Origin: Caecitellus pseudoparvulus
Lineage: Eukaryota; Protista; Bigyra: Bicosoecida
Length of the DNA: 64,000 nt
NCBI GenBank assembly: GCA_965644315.1
Contig: CBFFRQ010000180.1
Location: forward strand, 48,612-112,611
Direction: 5' to 3'
In this document: positions 32,917 to 43,349 of the stretch, piece by piece
Position numbering within the stretch: position 1 is the first letter of the stretch
Layout: every line of letters begins with the position of its first letter
The notes under the pieces: generated by a model
Databases searched by the model: none
What the model saw: only the letters and a program-made list of their open reading frames with translations
Told to the model about the DNA's origin: nothing
Translations under genes and position numbers: made by a program

Positions 32917-34771
32917 ATGGCAGACAAGCTAGCTGAAATCGCGAAAAAGCGAAGGGAAGTGGATCTTCCTGCTGCAATTGCTGCTGTCCCGCTGGAGGAC
33001 GTGCAGGCTGCCGCTGCAGAGCAGGCTGCCCCAGTGAACCTGTTGGCCCGGCTTGAGGAGCTGGCCCCTGGTGCTGCAGTTGCGGCCGAGTTCAAGCGGG
33101 CGAGCCCTAGTAAGGGGGACATTAACACGACCGTGACATTGGAAGGTGAGTGCTGCCTGGCCCACGTGGGTATTTCCTGCCAGCACGCATCCCGCGGGTG
33201 TTGCAGACCAGGTAGCGGCATATGCAGCCGCGGGTGCTCACATCGTGTCTGTGTTGACTGAGCCGACGTTCTTCAAAGGAAGCCTGCAAGACTTAAGCCA
33301 GGCCAAGATGGTTGCACAAGCAGCTAAAGCAGCGAGCTGCCCGCTGATTCTCCGCAAGGACTTCATTGTGTCGCCGTACCAAGTCGTGGAGGCGAGAGCT
33401 GCAGGTGCCGACACGCTGCTGCTCATCGTCGCCATTCTCTCGGATGAAGAGCTGAGCGAGTGCATTGTTTGTGCTCGAGAGCTTGGAATGGAGCCGCTGG
33501 TGGAGGCGGCGAATGAGGCTGAGATGCTCCGCGCACTTCGAGTCGGTGCCCGTGTCATCGGTGTGAACAACCGCAACCTGCGGACGTTCAAAGTGGACTT
33601 GCACACGACTGCCAGGTGCCTTCAGGCAGCACAGGGTGAAGTGCAGCCAGGTTCTCCGCTGGTTCACGTCTTGTCCCTGTCGGGTGTCCGGGGCTGCTCT
33701 GATGTGGCAACCATTCGGCAAGGCTGCAGCGACACGGACACCGTGCGGCTTGCGGGGGTTCTGGTTGGCGAGGCGCTGATGAAGTCTGCGGACCCAGCGT
33801 CTCTTGTGGCGTCGTTTCAAAAGGCGCTTCACGGCGAGACGACGACGCCCATTGCCTTCCCCGGCTTTGTGAAGGTGTGTGGCGTCTGCTCCAAAGAGGA
33901 CGCGCTGGCAGTGGCTGGTGCCGGGGCGTCAGCAGTGGGCATCATCCGTGTGCCAGGGTCCAAACGTTGTGTTGCTCAAGACGTCGCGAAGGACATCGTT
34001 AGCGCAGTGCAAGCTTTCAGGGAGCAGGATCCGGCACCAGAGCTCGCAAGTGGCCTCGCTGCTGCAGCGGCAGCTTGTTCCTCAGACCCCACCGCAAGTC
34101 GGAGCCAAGTGGCTGCATCGGCTCCGACACAAGCTTCAACAGCAGCGTGGTTTCGCACCTTTTGGCAGCAAGGCCTGGCGGCCGCCGTCGCACGGGCCCC
34201 ACCTCTGACTGTGGGCGTGTACCGAAACCTCCCCTCAGCCGAAGTCGCCGCTGACGCTGCCGCCTGTGGATTCGACCTCGTGCAGCTGCATGGGGATGAA
34301 GGCTGGGAAGAGGCACTTAACATCCCTCAGCCGGTCATCAAGGTGCTGCATGTCGCACCTGCCAGCGAGGAGCAGTCTGCCCTCGAAGCAGCACGAGGCA
34401 TTTCCCAGCACTTGCGGCCTGGCACGGCTGCTGTGCTGCTGCTCGACACCCGTGTACCTGGTAGTGAAGGTGGCGGTGCAGGAGTTCGCTTCGACTGGGC
34501 TATCCCAGCTGCCCTCCAGCAACTGCATGCCCCCCAAGGTCTGCCATTGGTGGTAGCGGGCGGCTTGGGTGCAGACTCAGTCAGTGCCGCGGTGGCGGCG
34601 AGTCAGGCTCGAGGTGTGGATGTCTCATCAGGTGTTGAGGATTCTGCGCGGGCACCAGCTAAGGAGCTAGGTGCCGTCGCTGCCTTTGTGTCCTCGGCAC
34701 ATGCAGCGCTGGAAGGCGTGCAGGTGGACGCAGCGGCTGGCGCAGCTGCTGCGGAGCCGCCCACTTCGTAG
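32917..34771 (+). CDS. trpCF: Bifunctional indole-3-glycerol-phosphate synthase / phosphoribosylanthranilate isomerase (TrpC-TrpF), 1 intron
   Basis: IGPS motifs AEFKRASPSKG, SVLTEPTFFKGS, LRKDF, IGVNNRNL; PRAI motifs VKVCG, VQLHGDE, LLLDT...GGAGVRFDW, AGGL, VDVSSGVE. Confidence 0.93.
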
Positions 34772-35241
34772 TAATGCAGCCTGCAGCGCCCATCTATGTG
34801 CTGCTTCACAGGGGTCCAGCCTGGCACAGAGAAGAAGTTCGCTACCACTCTGACTTTGTGGTCGCCCTCAGCGAGTGCGTTCAGCTTGGGCGCCAGCGCT
34901 GCCAGGCCTTTGGGCACAAGGTACAGCAGCAGGACGGTGGCTGAGCTGAAGTCCACCTGAAGGGCATCCTGACACAGGATTCGAATGCGATTCGAGGCAG
35001 CAGACGCGGACACCTTTGCTTCTGCTCGCGCAGCTAGTTCTGCGGAGATCTCAACGCCAAATCCTGATCCAGTTTCCGCACACACGGCTGTTAGGAAGCG
35101 GCCATCTCCACAGCCGATATCCCAAACAACGTCGTCCGCCGTCACAGGACCCAAAAGCTCAACCGCGATCGACATGGCGTCGTCCGACGTGGGATTGAAG
35201 GGTGCCAGGGTCGGCCCGGCATCTTGGCTACCCTGAGCCAT
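34603..35241 (-). CDS. FAM173 (ANTKMT/ATPSCKMT)-like class I SAM methyltransferase
   Basis: LAPFNPT...VVWDIGCGDGR...GFGVEI...DFSSATVLLLYLVP...RVVANFFSVPGWTP...LHYY. Confidence 0.85.
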   Translation of the reverse strand: MAQGSQDAGPTLAPFNPTSDDAMSIAVELLGPVTADDVVWDIGCGDGRFLTAVCAETGSGFGVEISAELAARAEAKVSASAASNRIRILCQDALQVDFSSATVLLLYLVPKGLAALAPKLNALAEGDHKVRVVANFFSVPGWTPVKQHIDGRCRLHYYEVGGSAAAAPAAASTCTPSSAACAEDTKAATAPSSLAGARAESSTPDETSTPRA

Positions 35242-35525
35242 GCTGCTATGCACGGGGCGTAAATTGCTGTGTGAAGATCGACACTGTGGATCGCCCCAAA
35301 ATTACCAACGTGCAAACAGCCCCATCTTCAGCCACAGACGGACAGTTCAAAGCACCCACGGATTTGCTGACGCCCGGAACTCGCACACGGCTCTGTTTGC
35401 GGCCAGAGGGGTCTGGTCTGCAGGGGTCGCCGTCCCACACCCCAGGGTGGGCGAAGCGCCTTGGCACAGCCGGTCAACGGCCAGCGGCAGAGCAGCCCTG
35501 ATGATTCTTTGACGCTAATTCCAGA

Positions 35526-37529
35526 ATGAGCGTTGTGTGCTTCCGCCCTGTGGCGCTGCGCACCAAAGTGACGTCAATGAACGCCGTCAATGGTATGCCG
35601 AGGGTGCGGAAACTGCTTCCCTCACGATCTCAGCATCTCGCGGCCCTTGCGCTCACAGAGCTGTTTTTTGACATTGTGTTTTCGTTGGCCATGACTTCTG
35701 TACGCCAGGAAATAGTTTCATCACTGCTTTTCTGTGGAGCTAACGATGCAGGTGTGTGGCAGGTGTGCGCCTGGACTGCCTTGAGGCTGGCATAGCCCCT
35801 GTTTCCTGCGCCGCAGATTGCTTGGGCGGGCAGCACTTGGGCAGCAGCCTAGTGCTGTTTGTGACCTTCTACTTCACTGCTTACTTCATGGTTTTGTTTT
35901 CGAACAGGTTCCACACAGAAGAGTTCGGGTACAATGGTGGGTCGCGGCAGCCGTCCTGCGAATCACCTGCAAGTAGGTTGGCCACCGTACTCACCTTCCG
36001 CCCCCTCTTGAGCAGGCTGGCTGTATTTACTCATGGCCTGTTTGGCCCTTATGAGCGTAGCTTCGCTGGACTGTGATCCTGTTCCTGATGCCCCCAACGG
36101 CTCAGTGTGCACTTCTGTCTTCTCCATCCAGGGTGACACCCTCGCCCCTCCCAAGAAGCACTCACAGGCGGTCAGGAGAATGCTGGCGCACTTGGGACTC
36201 CCGACATCTAAACAGACCGCATTTGTAGCTTTTGCAAGTGCCGCTGCGCTATCGAACTGCCTCACCGCAGTGCAGTTTTGGAGGGCGTCGGCCCTCCCGA
36301 GTGCCACCAGGTGGGCCAGAGTGTACGCCGTGTCCAGCTCTGTGGGCGCTGTCGCGTGGGCCCTTGCTGCGCCCTTTGCTGCAGACTACACCATGCGCAT
36401 TTCAGTCGGGAGTTTTGTGGCGGCAGTGCATGTTGTGGCTGATTTTTGGAGCCGGCAGTGCCGGAATCACCTGCCCACTGCGCTGCCTGCTCACTTGTCT
36501 GCGCGGTTTCGGAAGTTTGGTGTCGTCATGTTGACTCAAGTCCTCATGGGCGTCATGCGCCCAGATCTGAACTACAGTGGCGAGGCGATGCTCTTTGCGG
36601 CTGCAGTGCTGGCGCTCTTGACTCTGTTCAAGATTGTGTACTTTGACTTGGACCAAGGAAGTCGCAGTGATCGATTTGCCGGGTATCCAGAGTGGACAGA
36701 GTGGCTTTACTTGCTTGCAAACATGGTGCTGACCGGCTGCATCACCGCCTTGGGCGCTACCACGGCTGCCATCCTCATGGACCTTGCCTCCACATCGGTT
36801 TCGATCCGGCCTTCCCTGCAACAGCGGGTGAAGTGGCTGTTAACGAGCAGCCTAGGGATTGGCTTGCTCTCTTCATGTGTCATTCAGCTTTCGCTGCAGG
36901 GTGCTGGCTCCCGCGTGCGAGTCATGCGCAAGCGGTACCGCATACTCGTCCGGGCACTGTTGTCCTTGGGCTTGACGGTAGCTCCAGCGTACCTCCCTGC
37001 GTCACTCACCCCCATGCATATTTTGTTGCTGCAAGTGCTTGGGTTGTTGTTTCAGCTGATCGTCGACATCTACGGGATGCGGCGGCGGATTCTGCCCCGC
37101 ACTGCAGCTGAGCTCGAAGCGCTTGCAGAGGAAGACGGCACAGCTCATCTGCTGGGTTACAGCTTATTGCCGGAGGGACAGCACTTATCCGACGGCCCGA
37201 CGCAACGGGCTCCCTCTGTTCACTCACGTCCTGCGCTGTCGGACTTATTGGGGGCTGGGGATGTGGCGCTAGGCAAGCACCTCGGCCGGGCATCCGGAGC
37301 TGCGGCCGCTGAGCCTGATTGCCCGCAAAGGGGCTGCCCCGCGCATGCCCCCAATGCTGTGGAAAGCACGCACTCCAGGGTGCGAGCCGGGCCTTTGTCT
37401 CTCAACATCTCTCAGCCAGACCTCTCCGCCCCTCCCTCGTCTCCGGCAAACAGTTCTATTGTAGAATACCTTCTCGGCCAACGCCAGGAGGAAGCCAGCA
37501 CTACGGCATTTGGCGGAGGACAGCCCTGA
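35526..37529 (+). CDS. LtrA (low temperature requirement A)-like membrane protein, with introns
   Basis: TELFFDIVFS, FSNRF, HLSARFRKFGVVML and YFD motifs; many TM helices. Confidence 0.7.
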
Positions 37530-37805
37530 GGGGTCCTTCAGCCTCGCTTTTTGTCTGCGGGCCCACGCATGGCATGCGGTCTGCTCGTGGCGCTGCCTCT
37601 CCTCCATTCCTGTTGAATGGTGGAGCCAGCAGGTGCACTGCCTTGGCAAAACCTGGCGACCAACGCTACCATTGATGTTCCTGGACGTCAACGCGGCCCT
37701 TTAGGACAGACAATTTCATCGTATTTGTCTCGATTTTCGCTTCATTTTTGCCCGCTCAGATCGCCTCGGGTACGACGTGTGTCCGCCCAACAGGGCCACA
37801 CTACT

Positions 37806-39136
37806 ATGGCCGCTGCAAGAGGCCCTAGCACAGCAGCATTCATTGCGAAGCTAACAGAGGTCCCCACAGGGTCTTGTGTTTCCTCCGCTGCAAGCGCCCT
37901 GCGCTTGCGTCTTGTTCGGACCCAAGAGCTGCTGCAGTCAGTGGTCGTGCAGCTAGATGCTGCGCATGCAGAGGCCCAGCGCAGGGCCGCTGAGGCGGAG
38001 GACGTGCGACAGGAAATGCAAGCATTACGTGAGAGGCACATGGTTGAAGTGAAGGAGGCGAGGAAAGAGGCTTCTGCCAGGCACGAAGTTGCAAAGCAAG
38101 CCACGAAGGTGAGACCAGCACCACCTGCCACTTACCTCTGCTCAGCTGCACTCCGTGAAAGCCATGGTGCGCGCAGTTCTCAGAGAGAATCGCCGAGCTA
38201 GAAGGAGAGCTAAAGGCGCGGGACGAGAAGCTTGCAACGCAGGTGCGTCGACTCTGGCTCTTTGCCAATGCTCTGCTTTTGTGTCGCGGCGACCTTCAAA
38301 CCGACGACTCTTTGACGTGCAGAGTCAAGAGAGCTCATCATTTCACGCTTCAGTTGCTATGCTGGAGGCAGAGCTCACTACTTTGAGGAAACAATGGGAG
38401 CGGGAGACTCTGAAGTCCAAGGCCCGGGCAGCGGAGCTGCTTCAGCAGGCGCAGGGTGCCGAGGATCGACTGGCGGCAGCTCAAGCTTCAGAGCTCAGTA
38501 TGCGGGAAGCGCTTGCAGCGAAAGAGGCACAATTGCTGGACTCTCACACCGCCCTCAGCAAACTTCAAAGCAAGTTCAAGGCATTGCAATCAGCTCAGGA
38601 TGCAAGCCGGACAAGTGGTGCCGATCTTGAGGTAAGGCGCAGCCCGAGGAAGGAATCAGCGCCAGGCTCACGCTGCTCCGCGCCACCCACAGGCAATTCG
38701 CGCCCGACTGGAGGAGACTGTTACTCAGCTCCGCATGGAGAACGGCGAGCTCCAAGAACATGTCGTCGACCTTCGCGCGCAGGTGTCCGAGCTGCAGTCA
38801 CGGCTGCAAGAGGCACAGCAAGTCCAGGGCCAGTCTGCTTCTAGATTCTCAGAGTATGTCAAAGTCAAGCGTGAGAATGTTGCATTACAGGAGCAGCTGT
38901 CAAGCATGGCTCGAGGAACCCTGCGCGCACACAAAGCCGGATTTACCCAGGCCTCACATGGGCAGGCGTTCCGAGCCCCTCTTCCCGAGCAAGGCCGTCG
39001 AAGCTCACCCCGCCTCGTGGCAGCTTCACCATCACTGAGCGCTTCTTTGGATATAGCAACGGCTGTGGCAGGGGGATCGCGCGGGGCATTCCCACCCGTG
39101 TCCCCTCATGGTGCGACAGTCGCTCGCCCGAGCTAG
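37806..39136 (+). CDS. Hypothetical coiled-coil protein, several introns
   Basis: Glu/Gln/Ala/Lys-rich heptad-like exons (LEAELTTLRKQWE..., ENGELQEHVVDLRAQVSELQSRLQE, FSEYVKVKRENVALQ) separated by GT-AG introns. Confidence 0.7.
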
Positions 39137-39146
39137 TGCAGCACGT

Positions 39147-42100
39147 TCAAGCATGACTGCATGCAGCGCCCTCGCTGTCCGAAGGCGGACTGCCAGGTGG
39201 CATCATGGACAGGACGTCTTCCTTGCAGGGACCTTCGACAAGGACATGCTGGACGAGTTCTCTCATGAGCTGCTGCTCGGCCTCAGTGGCAGCTGGGCCC
39301 CGCCGGCGATACACAAGCACGTAGGCATCGGGTGTAACGAGCTGCTCCTCGACTGGCTCGTCTTGCCTGCCAACCTTGGCCGGCACAAGGGGAGTGACGA
39401 GGTGATCATTGAACTCATACCACGCCTTGGACAATGGGTTCTTGCAGAAGGCGGTGTAGTGACCCCCGAGCAACGTCCCTGCGTGGTTGGAAATGGCTGC
39501 CAGAGAGAACTTGCTGTCAGCCAGCTCGGCGTCCAGGTGCAGCTCCTCCACCGGGAACCGTACCAAAGAATCCAACTTCGTCGCGTTACCCCAATCGTCA
39601 AACTTGAATCGCTTCAAAACGACGCATAGGACTTGCGGGGCTCGCCACAGCTTCGTCGCCTTCCAAGCTCTTGTTGCTTCCCCGCACTCTGGGCAAGTCC
39701 ACGTGGACCCAGGACTCAGCCGCTCCTCTCGCTCGAACGAAGCCATGCACTCTGCAAGCGAGACCTCTCCATCCTGGCCGACGTTCGCACCACCTGCTTG
39801 ATCTTGCCACACCCACCCAGGATGACTCTCAAGCTCAGCTGCATGTTCAGCCTCTGTGGCACCCGCCCCATCGAAGGCAGCATCCACTGCTTCTCGCCGC
39901 TCCTCTTCTTCCAGGATCACCAACTTCCCAGGCCCAACCCTATCAACAGCAAGGGTCCCAGTGAATCCGTCCAGCGGAGGTGGCGTGATGATGCTCGGCA
40001 GTGCTCGCAAGGATGCAGCATGGACTTCTGCCAGGTCTGCGCACGCATCAACACAGGTCGTCATCGCCGACTCCAAGGGAGTCCCATGCTTCAATGCGGC
40101 CACGAGAGACTGGCGAATCTCGCCCGGGCTCGTTATTGGGGAGCTCGCAGCTTTTGCAGCAGCCCGGACTGCCACAGTCTGGGCTTCGGCCATGCTTCTC
40201 TCGTTCAGTGCTGAGTCCCACCAGTCAAGCGTAACTGCCTCATGGACAAGCAAAGGGTGGCCAGCTGCACTGACCCCAGTGCTTGCCAGCAGGGCATGGG
40301 TGGCGTCAAGCACAGTCCCGGGCTTCCGTCCCATCGCATCCGTGCCGCTAACCTCAGGAACGCAACACCCCCACGGGCGTGGAGGAGGCAGTGTCTCCTT
40401 GCCCGCGCCTGCCGTGTCCTGGTGCATGAGCGATGCGCTCCAGCCAGAGCTCTCCCAACACAACTTTCCCCACAGCATGCTTATGGCAACAACATCTCGA
40501 ACGGTCGTGTTGGGGAAGACTCTCAGAACGTATGGCAAGCCCAACGTGTGCAAACTCGAAACAAAGGGTGTTGCGCGATCCAGCGCAGGGGCAGCAGGTG
40601 GAGCAGCCGTGGGAGTTCCACTGTCGCCCTGTGTTGCACCCCACCCTTCCAGTGCTGCTCCGTACCCGTCAAGGAGTCTGCGTGTCTCAGCTGTTGCACC
40701 GATGCGCTTGCTGAAACGCTGCACTCTATGCAGCACGGGCATGTACTGAAACTTGACACAGCCGCTGCGGTCAGTGCAGAGCTGCGATGGGTGATGTATC
40801 TCTTTGCTACCAACCGCTCTGAGGCTGGGGCGCGTCGCCTCCACTTTCGGGTACACGCAGACCAAGCCCTGCGTCCCTCGAAGGAGCCGAGCGATGGGAA
40901 TCTGCCCACGCAGGCAACCATCTGGAGCACCACCCTTGATAGAAAAAAGCTCAGCCTTGGCAGACGTGTTGATCTTCAAGCCTTCCCTGAGAGCACAAAG
41001 AACAGCGTCAGCCGTCGTGTCCCATGGCACACTCATGTCGACTCTCACAGCATGCGACGAAACTGGCACGATTTCAGCGTCAAACAACTTCCAATTCCTC
41101 CAAGCAGCGCTGGAAGCAGGGGACTGGGCCCTTGCACGCTGCCTGCGCTGAGAGCGAGTAGCCCGTGCTGACTCTGCTGGTGGATCACGCCCCAAGCGCA
41201 CATCCTTCATTTGCTTCGTTGCTCGTTGCAGGCTGAGAGTCGCTTGTTCACGACAGCGTTTCTCAGCTACAACTTGCTTTCGAACCAAGTCAAGCTCAGA
41301 CACCAGCCGGGACAGTTCTTCTTCAGAGTCACAAGCATGGTCAGTGTCACTGCGGCTTCCAGCAGCTGCAGACGCAGCAGCGCTGTCAGGGCCCACGGCA
41401 GCGGCAGAGAGCGCAGCTGCATCGAGCTCATGGGAGCTTTCACCATGTGAAGCTGCCTGCTTTCCACGAAGTGTTGTTGGTTGTCCGCGCGCCCGTGACT
41501 TCACAGCTTGCAGGTTTTTCGTGAGCACTGGCACCTTGGCCGTAAGGCGCTTCAGCTTTGCTTCTGCTTGCGACAGCTCAAACGCAGCAAGGGCAACAGC
41601 CAAAGGCAGCTCCCAAATGATCGTCAAGGAAACCGAGTGCTTCACCACAGGCACTGGCAGAGGAAGGAAATGAAACGTGTCAAACGAAGTGCTAACGTGG
41701 CTGCAGGAGTCACACCTTGTGGTGCACTTCAGCTGGCCTGCAAACTTGTCAGTGATCAAGGAGGTGTTGCGTCGAACATGGGCATCCCAAGCAGAATGAC
41801 CGGGCTCAGTGGAAACTACCGGCCCACGATCAGCGGGCGCTGGATGTTCACCTGCCGCCATCTTGTACAGAGTGCCAGACTTTGACCTTCTCAACGCGCT
41901 GCCTTGGTTCATGTCTTCATGCAGCATGTCCAGCAACGAGGAAAGGAACTCCTGTGAGTCATGCTGCATGCGCCCTTGAAACTGTGGCGCAAGTTCAGTG
42001 ATAGTCGCCCTGAAAGAGTCAGATGGCACCCACCGCCGGGAGCCATCCCATAGTTGCCGAAGCAGCTGGCTGTACGCAGCTGCCATGGCCCCACCACTGC

Positions 42101-42793
42101 CCAGAGCATTGTCCTCATTGATGTAGCCACGCCATGCCCCTGAAAGGAAGACGTGGGTCACTTCTGGAACGTGGGATAGGCACTGAACCACGCTGTTTGT
42201 GTAGCACGTGTTTCCCAGGTTGGTCATGCCAACAGCGCCAGCGACTGGGGGAGGTCCAGAGAACGAAGGGCTTGCCCAACTGCAATGATCACAATAACAA
42301 GGGAAGACGAATGCATGAGGTGCACGATCGGCACCTAGCGGAGTTCACAAGCCGCAAGATGCCAAGAGAATGCAGGCGAGACAATCAAATACCGCACTCA
42401 CCTTCGTTCCAGACCCCACGAGGATGACGCAAAGAGCGGCAAGTTGCTGACGATCCACCAAATCAAGCACCCAACACCTAGTGTCCACAGAAGCAAGGGT
42501 CCAGCAGGGGCATTGCTGTTCAGAAACCAACCAAGCAGGTTTGACACCAGCAAAATGCCTGTGTACGCCACCACAAGCACGGCAAGGAGGATGCACAGGA
42601 AGAAGTACTTCGCCTCCCAAAGCTGGCGCCACTGGCCTCCTCCCTCATACGTTGTCTCATACCAAGTCTTTGTGAACTTCTCCTGATCTGCTTCGGGGGG
42701 CAAAGGAGCGGTCCCTTGGCTCTCTTCCGTTGCGACCCCCGCCTCAGGCGATGCTGAGGGCCACAGCCAAACCATGAGGAAGCAATTTGTCAT
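39147..42793 (-). CDS. Ubiquitin-specific protease (USP/C19) with N-terminal transmembrane exon, 1 intron
   Basis: Cys box GMTNLGNTCYTNSVVQCL, QHDSQEFL, CxxC pairs, LKRF, His box NHAGTLLGGHYTAF...WYEFND, AYVLVY. The upstream exon 42402-42793 splices in frame via intron 42280-42401. Confidence 0.88.
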
Positions 42794-43349
42794 GGCACAT
42801 GAACACTAGGCAAGGGTCTTATCTGTTTACCTTCTGATTTGCATGTGGCAGCTGAACGCGGGCAGTGCCCTCGTTTCACGATGAAACGCCAAAGCCAAAC
42901 CTGCAGGCCTGGCCCAGCAACAGGGCATTTATGAGCATAAGTGAGCGTGACAGGTACCAAGTACACCCTTTCCATACACTTAACAAGCGTTACCCTTTGG
43001 TTGAAGGAGGAAGGGGTGATTTCCCTTCCCCTGCTGTACACTTGGCGAAGTTGCCCCCCCTGTCACAACAGCGAAGCGTGCACAGTGCCAGGCAGCCGAA
43101 AAATCGAAATCAGGACGGAATACTGAGCACAGCTGAGTTATATCCTGTTCAGCAAAAAATTTCTTTTCAGTCTGTCATCAAGCCGGGAGTCCGCGAACTG
43201 CCCTGGCGTTTGCGAGCGGCGCCAGTGCCCACCAAGCCGACCGTGCCTCTGACCCCTTGAATTGATCCGTGGAAAGTCTCCAGAGCACCAGCTCCTCACC
43301 CACGGACTGCCATCTGAACACCCAAAGACAGGGCCGGCATCGGCACAGA

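Noticed and set aside
33670-33690. Apparent loss of the IGPS SESG glutamate (reads SLSG)
   Set aside because: xLSG is the normal variant in fungal-type eukaryotic IGPS, so this is not a sign of inactivation.
404-42401. Non-canonical introns or an alternative genetic code
   Set aside because: The introns I resolved are GT-AG and restore conserved frames. TAA, TAG and TGA all act as stops, except the single SelS UGA.
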